Below, one piece after another: positions 1-10,589 of a stretch of 32,000 bases of DNA. Position numbers and translations under genes: made by a program. The notes under the pieces are model-generated. The model was not told the DNA's origin. It did not search any database and worked only from the letters and a program-made list of their open reading frames with translations. This stretch comes from Methanocaldococcus jannaschii DSM 2661 (GTDB lineage Archaea > AGJL01 > Methanococci > Methanococcales > Methanocaldococcaceae): NCBI RefSeq assembly GCF_000091665.1, contig NC_000909.1, positions 563,581 through 595,580 on the forward strand. Direction: 5' to 3'. How positions within the stretch are numbered: position 1 is the first letter of the stretch; each line of letters starts with the position of its first letter.

Positions 1-987
1 TATGTTGAAAAGATGATTGAGCATAAAGAAGATAGGAACATAGCATTTGACTTCATGGGAGAGCATGACACTTCTCCAATAGATTTAGTAACAAGGAGAT
101 ATGTAACTATAGCAATCATTAAGCCTTATGAATCCTGCCCACAGATTTGTGTCTATTGTCAAAGAAACTGGATGGTGCAAGATTTTGATGCTAAGGCGTT
201 CCCAGGATGGGAGAAGGTTGAGAAAGCTTTAGATTGGTTTGCTGAACACGATTCAATGATTGAAATCTTAATTACAGGAGGAGACCCATTCAGCTTAAGC
301 GATAAAGCTATCGAAAAAATGCTAAATAGAATAGCTGAGATGAACCACGTTGTAGGAGTTAGATTTGGAACAAGAACAATAGTAACTGCCCCAATGAGAA
401 TAACGGATGAATTAGCTGAGTTATTAGGAAGTTTTGAAAAGAGTTTGATGATTTCAACACATGTAGAGAGTTGTTATGAGATAACTCCAGAAGTTGCTGA
501 GGCTGTTAAAAAGTTGAGAACAAATAATATCTACATCTATAATCAACATGTATTCCACAGATATGTAAGTAGGAGATTTGAAAACGTAGCTTTAAGAATT
601 GCTTTAAAGAAGGTTGGAATTATTCCTTACTATACTTTTTATCCAAAAGGGAAGATGGAACATAAAGATTACTTGGTTCCAATAGCAAGATTAGCTCAGG
701 AAGTTAAAGAGGAAGCAAGATTGCTTCCAGGTTCATTTAGAACAGATGAGCCAATATTCAACGTCCCAAGAATGGGGAAAAATCACTTGAGAGCATGGCA
801 GGATAGAGAGTTAATAGCTATAAAGCCAAATGGAAGTAGGGTTTATTTAATGCATCCATGGGAGAAGGGGATATATCCAACTAAACTCTACACATATGAA
901 GATGTTCCAATTAAGGAATACTTAGACAGTTTAAAAGAGATTGGAGAAAACATTGAGGAGTATAAAACAATATGGTATTATTATTAA
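1..987 (+). CDS. kamA: KamA-family radical SAM aminomutase (lysine 2,3-aminomutase-like), C-terminal portion; 5' end lies outside the window
   Basis: The frame is open from base 1 (YVEK precedes the Met at 13). CPQICVYCQRNW is a CxxxCxxC radical-SAM motif, followed by ITGGDP as in KamA proteins. Substrate is not determinable from sequence. Confidence 0.8.
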   Translation, partial: YVEKMIEHKEDRNIAFDFMGEHDTSPIDLVTRRYVTIAIIKPYESCPQICVYCQRNWMVQDFDAKAFPGWEKVEKALDWFAEHDSMIEILITGGDPFSLSDKAIEKMLNRIAEMNHVVGVRFGTRTIVTAPMRITDELAELLGSFEKSLMISTHVESCYEITPEVAEAVKKLRTNNIYIYNQHVFHRYVSRRFENVALRIALKKVGIIPYYTFYPKGKMEHKDYLVPIARLAQEVKEEARLLPGSFRTDEPIFNVPRMGKNHLRAWQDRELIAIKPNGSRVYLMHPWEKGIYPTKLYTYEDVPIKEYLDSLKEIGENIEEYKTIWYYY

Positions 988-996
988 ACTTTCTAC

Positions 997-1003
997 TTTT
1001 TTT
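997..1003 (+). terminator. Oligo-T tract (T7) just downstream of the kamA-like stop; candidate archaeal intrinsic terminator
   Basis: A run of 7 T lies 10 nt after the stop codon. Archaeal RNA polymerase terminates at oligo-T. Confidence 0.4.
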
Positions 1004-1091
1004 ATTCTAATTTATTTTATCTAATTTTTATCAATTGCGCACTCTTTTTTATTTATATTATTGTATTTATATAGTTAAATAAATTTATAGA

Positions 1092-1106
1092 CGAAAAGTT
1101 TATATA
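1092..1106 (+). promoter_or_regulatory. BRE + TATA box (CGAAAAG TTTATATA) for the downstream lipoprotein-like gene
   Basis: TTTATATA at 1099-1106 is preceded by a purine-rich CGAAAAG BRE-like element. The predicted transcription start is ~1125-1130. Confidence 0.5.
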
Positions 1107-1215
1107 TTAGAATCGCAAATTTGTGGGGCTTCACAAATGGAGGTGATAATATGAAGAGATAGAAAAAAGCAGTGGGTTATAACTAATGATAACCTGTTAG
1201 GGGGAGGTGAAATTT

Positions 1216-2058
1216 ATGAGAATAGTAAGAATATTGGCTATTTTATTAGCCCTAATTATAGGAACTTCATTGTGTGGATGTTTAAATGACAGTAAAAGTG
1301 AGGCGGATGAATTAATCAAAATGTTACCAGTTGATTATAATGGCTTTGTATATGTGAATTTTAAAAATATTGAAGATAGCAAATATTCATCAGAGTACCG
1401 TTCAAAAATTTTGAATGCTTTAAGATTGGGAAATGCAAACGGTGAAAAGACAGGGATATATATCAACAAAACTAAAAGGATGATTTTTTCAGGCAGTGGT
1501 TATGATAGGTTCGTTATTATTATTGAAGGAGATTATGACTTTGATAAGTTTAAAAATCATCTCAAAGAAATTGGGGTAAATCCAGTAGAAGAGTATGGAG
1601 GATTTAAGATATATACAAAACCTAACGATGATAAAATTGCATTAACATTTTATAAGGATATGATAATTGCAGGGACTAAGCAGGGAGTTTATGACTGCAT
1701 AAATGTAATTAATGGAGAGATGGATTCTTTATTGAAAAATAGAGAAGTTATGGAAATATATGATAGACTTCCATCAGATGCTTGTGTTTATGAAGTTAGT
1801 GGCACTTACAGCCCATGGTATAAAACAGTGGCAGAAGGAATGTCAATATCATTTGAAAATAACGACAGAGTTAAAGTTGTTAGAGTTGAAAAATACAAGG
1901 ATGAAGAGACTGCAAAAGAAAAATATGAAGAGTTATTAAAGAAAAAAGATAGAGATAAAGAAGAAATGGAGAAAAAAGGAATTACTGCAGATATAAAATT
2001 GGATGGACAGTATTTAATTGTAACAGTAGAAGGTCCTGAAGATGAACTTAAAATCTAA
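1216..2058 (+). CDS. Hypothetical secreted or lipid-anchored protein with N-terminal signal peptide and Cys-containing lipobox-like motif
   Basis: ATG at 1216 lies 5 nt after GGAGGTGA. The N-terminus MRIVRILAILLALIIGTSLCGC is a signal sequence ending in Cys. The C-terminal tail is Lys/Glu-rich. No recognisable catalytic motif. Confidence 0.7.
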   Translation: MRIVRILAILLALIIGTSLCGCLNDSKSEADELIKMLPVDYNGFVYVNFKNIEDSKYSSEYRSKILNALRLGNANGEKTGIYINKTKRMIFSGSGYDRFVIIIEGDYDFDKFKNHLKEIGVNPVEEYGGFKIYTKPNDDKIALTFYKDMIIAGTKQGVYDCINVINGEMDSLLKNREVMEIYDRLPSDACVYEVSGTYSPWYKTVAEGMSISFENNDRVKVVRVEKYKDEETAKEKYEELLKKKDRDKEEMEKKGITADIKLDGQYLIVTVEGPEDELKI

Positions 2059-2315
2059 TTAAAATTTTTTAAATAATATCTATTTTCTTTTTATTTTCTT
2101 TTTAAGAGAAAGTTATTCTCATTTTTGCAGAAAAATAGCTTATTGCAATGGTATCGAAAGTTTTAGATAAGTTTTTGCATGGTTTTATTTCAATTGTTAT
2201 TGTTGTTGTTCTTATTTTTTATTTGATTAAAAAATTTAATTGTAATTGTTATTAACCATTAACTTTATATTCAATAACATTAAACCAATTTTTAATTTTG
2301 TTATTTGGTGAAAGT

Positions 2316-3491
2316 ATGACATTAAAGATAGCTGTTGTTGGAGCAGGTCCTGCAGGAAGAACATCGGCTATGTTTTTGGCAAAAAATGGCTTTGATGTTG
2401 ATTTATTTGAAAAAGATAGAGTTGGAGGAACTTGTTTAAACTATGGATGCACATATATAACTGGATTAAGAGAAATGGCAGATATTATTAATAATTTAAG
2501 TATTTTAAAAGGAGAGAAGGTTCATTTAGAGGAAATAATTTCATTTAAAGAGTTGCAGGAAAAAATAAATAAAATTCAGGATAGAATTAGGAATAAATTA
2601 GAAAAAGAAACAAAAGAACTTGGAGTAAATATAAAATACAAAGAGTTTAAGAATAAGCATAAGAACGATTATGATTACATCATCTATGCAACTGGAAGAA
2701 ATTATCCTTCCAATTATAATGGATATGAGGTTTTAACTCACAAAGATATACCAAATTTAAGAGAACTGCCAGAAAATATCTTAATTATTGGTGGAGGAGT
2801 TGTAGCTACCGAATATGCTTCAATATTTTCTGACTTTGGCTGTAATGTTGTTCTATACACAAGGTCTAAGATTTTGAAAGAGATTAAGGATGAGGAAATT
2901 AGAGATTACTTAATGAAGAAAGTTATAAACTTTAAAATAATCAATGACAAAGAAGAGCTTGAAAATCTGTTAAAGGATGAAAGTTATACAAAAATCTTAG
3001 CCATTGGTGGAAATGGCAGATTTAAGACAGATGATTACTTGAGGGTTTTAAATGAAGAGAAAGTTTATGCATGTGGAGATTGTTTAATCAACGGTGGAGG
3101 AAATACTCCAATATCAAGGATGGAGGGGAGAGTGGTAGCCCAAAATATCTACAATGAAATAAACAATAAGCCTCTAATAAAACCAAATTATGAATTAATT
3201 CCAAAGACTATAAGGCTGTCTTTAACTATATCTTATGTAGGGAAGCAGACAAATAATTATAAAACAATAAGAAGCTGTGTAGGGAAGGGGAATTTCTTTA
3301 AAGTTTTGAGTGGTGTTGGGATAAATAAAATCTATTATGAAGATGGAAAAATTGTTGGAGCTATAACCATGATGCCTTGTGCTGAAATTCTTCCATACTT
3401 CACTCAGTTAATTAGGGGGATAGATGTTTATAACAACTTCATGGAAGTTCATCCATCAACTGACATATTTTATAAAGAGTTCAGGTCATAA
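2316..3491 (+). CDS. FAD-dependent pyridine nucleotide-disulfide oxidoreductase (dihydrolipoamide dehydrogenase-like)
   Basis: ATG at 2316 follows GGTGA. Motifs: VVGAGPAGR dinucleotide-binding, GGTCLNYGC redox-active CxxxxC, and IIGGGVVATE as a second Rossmann motif. Confidence 0.75.
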   Translation: MTLKIAVVGAGPAGRTSAMFLAKNGFDVDLFEKDRVGGTCLNYGCTYITGLREMADIINNLSILKGEKVHLEEIISFKELQEKINKIQDRIRNKLEKETKELGVNIKYKEFKNKHKNDYDYIIYATGRNYPSNYNGYEVLTHKDIPNLRELPENILIIGGGVVATEYASIFSDFGCNVVLYTRSKILKEIKDEEIRDYLMKKVINFKIINDKEELENLLKDESYTKILAIGGNGRFKTDDYLRVLNEEKVYACGDCLINGGGNTPISRMEGRVVAQNIYNEINNKPLIKPNYELIPKTIRLSLTISYVGKQTNNYKTIRSCVGKGNFFKVLSGVGINKIYYEDGKIVGAITMMPCAEILPYFTQLIRGIDVYNNFMEVHPSTDIFYKEFRS

Positions 3492-3512
3492 AAACAAAGA
3501 ACAAAAAAATAA

Positions 3513-4331
3513 TTAATCAAAAACTGGGTATTTTCCTAAAAGATTGATAAATGTTGTATGCCTCTCCAAAGATTTTAAAATTTCTTCTAACTTTTCCTTA
3601 TTATTTTCAAAGTCAATGTAAAATATGTAAGTTCCCAACCTCTTTTTTGAAGGTCTTGACTCAATCCTTGTTAAATTTATATTTCTTTCAGCAAACTCCT
3701 TTAAAATATGATATAAAGCTCCAGGTTTATCTTCTTTTAACTCAAAAACAATTGAAACTTTATAATTTTTTGGATGATATTTAAATTTAACTTTTTTACC
3801 AATTAAAATAAACCTTGTCTTATTATTTTTATAATCTTCAATATTTTCATCCAATATTTTTAAATTATAATGTTCTGCAGATTCCTTTGAGCCAATAGCT
3901 CCTAAAGTTTCATCTTTACTTTCAGCAACAATTTTCACAGCCTTAGCTGTGCTTTCCACTGCTTTAACATCCCAACCGTGCTTTTTTATATAATTTCTAC
4001 ATTGAGCTAATGCCTGCGGATGAGAAATAACTGTCTTTATCTTATTTTTATCATAACCAATTAAATTGTGGTGTATATCCAAAGCTAACTCTCCTAATAT
4101 TTTAATATCTTTAAATTGCAATAATAAATCTTGAGTTAAAGATACAGAACCTTCAATAGAGTTTTCTATTGGAACAACTCCTAAGCCATTGTTATCTACT
4201 CTTTCAAACACATCATATATGGAATTGCAATAATCTATTTTATAATCTCCATCAATGTAGTCTAAAAATTTCTTTGTAGCTTTTTCACTATACGTTCCTT
4301 TTGGTAATGTATAAATAACTGCTTTATTCAT
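3513..4331 (-). CDS. pheA: Prephenate dehydratase with C-terminal ACT domain
   Basis: TRF motif (NNKTRFILIG) and ESRPS motif (LTRIESRPSKK) typical of PDT plus ACT. The start overlaps the upstream gene's stop by 4 nt. Confidence 0.85.
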   Translation of the reverse strand: MNKAVIYTLPKGTYSEKATKKFLDYIDGDYKIDYCNSIYDVFERVDNNGLGVVPIENSIEGSVSLTQDLLLQFKDIKILGELALDIHHNLIGYDKNKIKTVISHPQALAQCRNYIKKHGWDVKAVESTAKAVKIVAESKDETLGAIGSKESAEHYNLKILDENIEDYKNNKTRFILIGKKVKFKYHPKNYKVSIVFELKEDKPGALYHILKEFAERNINLTRIESRPSKKRLGTYIFYIDFENNKEKLEEILKSLERHTTFINLLGKYPVFD

Positions 4332-5005
4332 TCTTTCACCATCTCAATAATTAAAAACTGCCCTTTATTTTTAAAAATTTTTGAGAGTTTTTTATCCACT
4401 GGCTTCCAATATTCTATGATTTTTGATAAAATTATTGGTGGAGATATCTTAAAAATTGAAGGTAGGAAATATACTGAGTTTGAATAAACAATTTTAAAAC
4501 CATCTATTTCAAAATCTTTAATAGATAATGGTTTATGGAAGATTTTGAAATCATTAAAAATTTCTTCTTTAATTAAACTATCTTTATTTACAACAACAAC
4601 TATTAATTTTCCTTTATTTTTTAAAATCCTCCTTATTTCATTTAAAGCTTTTAAATAATTTACATGCTCTAAAACATTTATACATAAAACTAAATCAAAC
4701 GTGTTATCTTTAAAAGGCAAATGTAAGATATTAGCACAAATCTTTCTCTCTTTGAGTTTAAATCTTTTGAGCAAATTTAATGATATATCCAAATATATAG
4801 TGTTGAAGTCTTTTGTTAAATTATAAAAAGCTCCAAAGCCACACCCACAATCTAAAACCAAAAAATCCTTTTTATTTTCAAATTTTTTTAACAATAAAGA
4901 GATTTCTTCAAAAATCAGCTCATCAGCAAAATTCATAAGAAGTTTTATATAGTTTGGGAAATCTTCTGGCTCCCACTTATCATAAAAATCTTTAACCTCC
5001 TTCAT
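4328..5005 (-). CDS. Class I SAM-dependent methyltransferase
   Basis: VLDCGCGFG glycine-rich SAM-binding motif I, followed by DLVLCINVLEHV. 4-nt overlaps with both neighbours. Confidence 0.75.
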   Translation of the reverse strand: MKEVKDFYDKWEPEDFPNYIKLLMNFADELIFEEISLLLKKFENKKDFLVLDCGCGFGAFYNLTKDFNTIYLDISLNLLKRFKLKERKICANILHLPFKDNTFDLVLCINVLEHVNYLKALNEIRRILKNKGKLIVVVVNKDSLIKEEIFNDFKIFHKPLSIKDFEIDGFKIVYSNSVYFLPSIFKISPPIILSKIIEYWKPVDKKLSKIFKNKGQFLIIEMVKE

Positions 5006-5289
5006 AGTATCTCACATGTCAGTGTATATATTATCTCATCCTCAAACAGCTTTTTAATTTTTTCTTTGATTTTATTAATCTCCTCTCCACTTAATTCTTC
5101 TCTTAACTCTTTATCAAGCATAAATCCGCATCTGTAATAATAGCCGTTCTCTGAAATTAAAGCCAGCTCTGGATATTCAACAGATAAGATTTTAACATCC
5201 TCTCCTAAAATTTTTAAAACTTCTTTAAATGCTTTTTCAAAGTTAAATCCTTCTCTTACATAAAAAACAGCATCTACAGCTAATTTCAT
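5002..5289 (-). CDS. Small hypothetical protein (~95 aa)
   Basis: The ATG at 5289 is preceded by GGTGA. The longer ORF start at 5331 would overlap the upstream gene and adds a hydrophobic, low-complexity extension. Confidence 0.6.
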   Translation of the reverse strand: MKLAVDAVFYVREGFNFEKAFKEVLKILGEDVKILSVEYPELALISENGYYYRCGFMLDKELREELSGEEINKIKEKIKKLFEDEIIYTLTCEIL

Positions 5290-5318
5290 AGTTTCACCAT
5301 TAAAAATTATATTAAAAA

Positions 5319-6293
5319 TTAACAACCACAAATAAACTCTTTCTCAAAATCAAAAACAACTTCTTTATTTTCACCATCCGTAATATACAATTTCTTTTCA
5401 GCTATAACCTCACCACATATCTCTGCAGTCATCTCAACATCTTCAAAAATATCTTTAATCTCTTTAAAGTTCTCTTCTTTTGCAGTTAAAACATATCCAC
5501 TACCCGGATAAACTTTAAGCCAGTGGATTAAATCAATCTCTTCTGGTTTTGGAATTTTTGTTATATCAACAACTCCTCCTTTCCTTGAAACCTCTAATAA
5601 CATCCCCAAAGTTCCAATAGCCCCTGGATTACTGATATCTTTGCATGAGTTAGCCAATTTATTCTCTGCAATTTGAACTAAAGCATCCATCTGGGCTCTA
5701 ACTAATTTCTTTGATTTCATTGTTGTTGTATCCCAATTTAATGGAAATGATTTATAAATCTGCCCAACTAAATCATAGGCAAAGATAATCTTATCTCCAA
5801 TTTTTGCATTATCACTTCTCAATATACAATCCTTTTTAGCAATGCCAGTTATAGAAACATCTAAAACATTGCACATAGCATCTGGATGTGTATGCCCTCC
5901 AACCATTGGCACTCCAAATTTTTTCACACCATCTTTAACTCCTTTTAAAACCTCTCTGCAAATATCTTTATCTTTTATACTTATTATATTAGTCATCCCT
6001 ACACATTTTCCTCCCATTGCCGCTATGTCTTTACAATTAACTAAGACAGAGCAATAACCTGCCCACCATGGGTCTGCCTCTAAAAGCTTTCCCCAAATTC
6101 CATCAGCGGCTAATAAAATAGCATTATCTCCATCTATCCCTATAACAGCAGCATCATCACCAAAATCTACTATAATATCAAATTCATAATCCTCATCATT
6201 AAAATCAAACGTTTCAACAACATCTTTAATAGCTATCTTCCTTAAAATGCCCTCAAAGTTTCTTATTTCATTAACCACTTTTTTTAAATTCAT
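5319..6293 (-). CDS. AIR synthase-related protein (PurM/ThiL/HypE/SelD superfamily)
   Basis: N-terminal DFGDDAAVI motif and GGHT motif typical of PurM-fold ATP-dependent enzymes. Exact function unknown. Confidence 0.7.
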   Translation of the reverse strand: MNLKKVVNEIRNFEGILRKIAIKDVVETFDFNDEDYEFDIIVDFGDDAAVIGIDGDNAILLAADGIWGKLLEADPWWAGYCSVLVNCKDIAAMGGKCVGMTNIISIKDKDICREVLKGVKDGVKKFGVPMVGGHTHPDAMCNVLDVSITGIAKKDCILRSDNAKIGDKIIFAYDLVGQIYKSFPLNWDTTTMKSKKLVRAQMDALVQIAENKLANSCKDISNPGAIGTLGMLLEVSRKGGVVDITKIPKPEEIDLIHWLKVYPGSGYVLTAKEENFKEIKDIFEDVEMTAEICGEVIAEKKLYITDGENKEVVFDFEKEFICGC

Positions 6294-6451
6294 AGAATCC
6301 CCTTTCTTTTTGGTAATATCGTCTTTTTAATTTTTAATACCATTTCTTTTAAAACTTTCGATTTGTTCTTATTTCACATATTTCCAATTTAAACTCAACA
6401 ATAGAAAAAACTAGTAGAATATTAAAATTAAAAATTAAATTAATTTACTAT

Positions 6452-7699
6452 TTATTGTCCCTTATATTTCTTATATGATTCCTTAAGCATCTCTATTACT
6501 GGCAATTTTTCTCCAGCTAAGAAATCTAAGGTTGCTCCACCTCCCGTACTAACATGGTCAATCTTATCAGCAATTCCAAATAATTCAGCAGCTGCAGATA
6601 AATGCCCTCCTCCAATAACTGAAAACCCTTTTGAGTTAGCTATCGCTTTCAACAGCTCTTCAGTTCCTTTTGCAAATGCCTCTTTTTCAAACACTCCCGC
6701 TGGACCATTGGCAACAATGGTTTTTGCTTCATTAATTATTTCACTGTAAAGTTCGATAGTTTTCTCCCCAATATCATTAATTAAATGTTCTACTTTTTCA
6801 TCCTTATTTAAATCAGCTTCAACCCTCTCTTCATTAATATTTAGGGCTACATCAACAGGGACAACGATTTTATCTTCAAATTTATTTAACAACTCTTTAG
6901 CAATCTCTATTTGGCTTTTTAATCCAAGATTTTCAATAATATCCATATTTACGCCTAAATCATATCCCATAGCTACAAGGAAGATGTTAGCAACAATTCC
7001 TGAAGTTAAAACCTTATCAGCAGTTCCATTTTCTAAGACGTTTTTCATAACTCTTATTGAATCATCTGCCTTAGCTCCTCCCAAAACATAAACACAGGGC
7101 TTTTCTGGATTTTCTAAAACCTTTGATAAAACCCCAACCTCTCTCTCCATCAATCTTCCAGCAATCATTGGCATATAGTAAGAGAAACCAACTAATGATG
7201 GCTGAGCCCTGTGTGCAGCTGCAAAGGCATCATTAACAAAATAGTCAAATAATGGGGCTAATCTTTTAATTAAATTTGTCTCTGCCTGTTTTTTTGGAGT
7301 TATATTTTCCCATTTTTTCCAATCACTTAAAACCTCCTCAGAATAAAACCTAACATTCTCCAATAAAATGACATCTCCACATTTCATATTGATTATTGCC
7401 TCTCTTGCTGTAGAGCCTATAACTTCATCAATATACTCTACTTCTTTACCAATAACATCTGATAAAACCTTTGCATGGTTTTTTAATGTAGTAAAATCTT
7501 TCTTCCCTGGCCTACTTTGGTGAGCTAAGATAACAACCTTAGCACCTTTGTTTATAAGCTCTGTAATTGTGCTTTTTATTTCTCTAATCCTCTTATCATC
7601 TAAAATCTCTCCAGTGTTTGGGTCTATTGGACAGTTTATATCTACTCTCAAAACTACCCTCTTATCTTCAAAATTAAAGTCATCCAACGTCAAAAACAT
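6452..7699 (-). CDS. pgk: 3-phosphoglycerate kinase
   Basis: RVDINCP near the N-terminus, and [10 protein letters not shown]...[13 protein letters not shown] at the C-terminus. The ATG at 7699 is better spaced from the GAGGG SD than the ATG at 7705. Confidence 0.9.
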
Positions 7700-7880
7700 A
7701 ATCATCCCTCTAAGATTTTTATGTTTTTAGAAGTTTTAATAGATTATCGTCATTTGTAGAAACTTTTCTTAGATATTTCCTAATTATCATTTTAAAGTTT
7801 TTAAGGTTTTTGCAGAAAGAATAAATATAAAGAAATCTTAAATAATTATTAAGTTAATTTTAATAACTGATGTGATAACT

Positions 7881-8873
7881 ATGGCATTAAATTTTTACAA
7901 ATACTATAGTCGGCAAATAAAGTATGCCTTACACTTCAATATTCTAAATAATTCAATAATTGATGCTGAAAATAAATACATAAACTTTCAAAAACCATTA
8001 AAAAATGTTATTGTTTCAGATTCTATGTTTATAGACACTGCATATCTCTTAAAGATTAAAAAGATGATTAAAAGCATTAAAGGAGTTTTTTGGGCTGATT
8101 TTGTGTTAAAAAAATATTATCCTCTATACAGTGATTATTTAAAGGGGAAAATATCAAATGTTGGAACAGATGGAAAAATAAACTATGGAGAAATCTTAAA
8201 TATAAATCCGGACATGATATTTTTAATTGATTGGAATATATTCAATCCATTATCTAAGTGGTTGGATAAAAATAACATTCCCTACACAAAAACTGGAAAC
8301 TACAAAGAACCAAAGTTTTTGGGAAAAATGGAGTGGATAAAGTTTTACGCCTCATTTTACAATAAATATAAAAAAGCTGAGAAGGTATTTAACAAGATAA
8401 TTGAAGAAAAAAGAAGGATTTTAAAATCTTTAAATAGTAGAAGCATAAAATATAAACCAGTTGTGGCATTTTTTGGCTATCATAAAAACCAACCATACAT
8501 CTATGGAAAATCCCACTATATTCCCAATTGGATTAGGGAAATAAAAGGCAATTACCTATTTGAAAATGTTGAAGGGACTAACTATCACTATATTGATAGA
8601 AAAATATTTAACAGCAGAGCAAAATATGCTGATGTGTGTATATTAGACACAATGGGAGAGGATATTGACATAAAAGAATTGTTAAAAAACAATCCTCATT
8701 TTTTAAAGTTTAGAGCGTATAAAAATAAGAGATTTTATATAACAACCAAAGATTACCTAAAATTTGAAACACTAAAGTGCTCTGAAGTTATGGAGGAATA
8801 TGTGAAAATTATCCACCCAAAAATTTATCAAAATGGAGATAATGATTTAAAATACTTTATAAAAGTTGTTTAA
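7881..8873 (+). CDS. Periplasmic-binding-protein-fold protein (BtuF/FecB-like, Peripla_BP_2-like) without a signal peptide
   Basis: Pattern [17 protein letters not shown]...[18 protein letters not shown]...KPVVAFFG resembles cluster-A ABC substrate-binding proteins. The start is uncertain (GTG 7872 or ATG 7881). The N-terminus is not hydrophobic. Confidence 0.5.
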
Positions 8874-8892
8874 AATAAATTTGGGTGATTTT

Positions 8893-9873
8893 ATGCTGAT
8901 AAGGCCAAGAAGATTAAGAAAAAACCAAAAAATTAGAGATTTAGTTAGAGAAACTATATTAACAAAAAATGACTTAATTATGCCAATTTTTGTAGATGAA
9001 AATTTAAAAGGGAATGAGAAGAAGGAGATTAGCTCAATGCCTAATCAGTATAGGTTTAGTGTGGAAGGGGCTATAGAAGAAGCAAAAGAAATAGCTGATT
9101 TAGGCATTCCAGCTGTAATATTATTTGGTATTCCAAAGCATAAGGATGAGATAGCAAGCTCTGCCTACGATAAAAATGGAGTTGTTCAAAGAACTATAAG
9201 GGGAATTAAAGAAGAGTTAGGGGATGAGCTTTTAGTTATTGCCGATTGTTGTTTATGCGAATACACAAGCCATGGACACTGTGGAATAGTTAAAGATGGA
9301 AAGATTTTGAACGATGCCACACTCCCAATATTGGCAAAGATAGCTTTATCCTATGCAGATGCTGGTGTTGATATTGTCGCTCCTTCAGACATGATGGATG
9401 GAAGAGTTAGGGCTATAAGGGAGATTTTAGAAGAAAATGGATATGATGATGTTGCTATAATGAGTTACTCAGCTAAATATGCCTCATCATTTTACGGCCC
9501 GTTTAGAGAAGCGGCTGAAAGTGCCCCTAAATTTGGAGATAGGAAGAGTTATCAGATGGACATAGGAAACGCAAGAGAGGCTTTAAAAGAAATTGCATTG
9601 GATATAGAGGAGGGTGCTGATTTAATTTTGGTTAAGCCAGCTTTGCCTTATTTGGATATAATAAGGATGGCTAAGGACAGGTTTGATGTGCCTATTGGTG
9701 GATACTGCGTTAGCGGAGAGTATGCAATGGTTGAAGCAGCAGCAAGAAATGGATGGTTAGATAGAGAAAAAGTAATTTATGAAATACTGTTAAGTATAAA
9801 AAGGGCTGGAGCTGATTTTATTATAACATATTGGGCTAAGGAGGTTGCTGAAATAGGACTTTCACAGGAATAA
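8893..9873 (+). CDS. hemB: Porphobilinogen synthase (delta-aminolevulinic acid dehydratase)
   Basis: IRPRRLR N-terminus, [24 protein letters not shown] and VKPALPYLD motifs. The ATG at 8893 follows GGTGAT. Confidence 0.9.
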
Positions 9874-9969
9874 AATTTATAAAGGAAATTGATGCCTTTA
9901 GGCATCTAAGTACCTTATTAAAACCTACAAACTGTGAAAGTCCTATTAAAAATTATTGTAGGGAGGGCT

Positions 9970-10560
9970 ATGAATATCTTAAAAAATTTTTCAGTTCCCA
10001 ATTTATGTGATGCTGGAGCTAAGCCTTTAAATGGCATTAAACCAATTTTAGAGAATCAAAAGCTTGTTTTTGGTGAGGCTATAACTGTAAAGATAAGCTA
10101 TAACGATTGGGGAACTTTAATTAAGACAATAAGCTTTGCCAAAAATAAATTTATCGTTGCTGAGGTTGTTGGCGAAGGAAAATATGAGACAGCAGTATGG
10201 GGAGGCTTAGCCTCTCTAAATGCCAAAATTAAGGGAGTTAGAGGAGTTGTTATAGATGGATGTGTTAGGGATGTTGAAGATATAAAAGCTTTAAAGTTCC
10301 CAGTTTTTGCAAAAAATTTCTGCCCTAATGCAGGGAAACCTTTAAATCTTGGAGAGATAAATGTAGCAGTGAATTGTTGTGGTGTGATAGTTGAACCAGG
10401 AGATATTATTGTGGGAGACTGCAATGGAGTGGTAGTTATAAAAAAAGAATCTCTTCCAGAGATTATTGAAAATGCTAAAAATATAAAAGAGAAAGAAAGA
10501 AAAATTAGGGAAAGAATTCTAAGAGGGCAGGATTTAAGAGATGTTTTAAATTTAGAATAA
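9970..10560 (+). CDS. RraA-family protein (putative 4-hydroxy-4-methyl-2-oxoglutarate aldolase / oxaloacetate decarboxylase-like)
   Basis: GGLASLNAKIKGVRGVVIDGCVRDVEDI...FPVFAK matches the RraA-fold signature. ATG 9970 follows GGGAGGG. Confidence 0.7.
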   Translation: MNILKNFSVPNLCDAGAKPLNGIKPILENQKLVFGEAITVKISYNDWGTLIKTISFAKNKFIVAEVVGEGKYETAVWGGLASLNAKIKGVRGVVIDGCVRDVEDIKALKFPVFAKNFCPNAGKPLNLGEINVAVNCCGVIVEPGDIIVGDCNGVVVIKKESLPEIIENAKNIKEKERKIRERILRGQDLRDVLNLE

Positions 10561-10589
10561 ATTAGAATAAATAAAAATTAGGGTGATAA

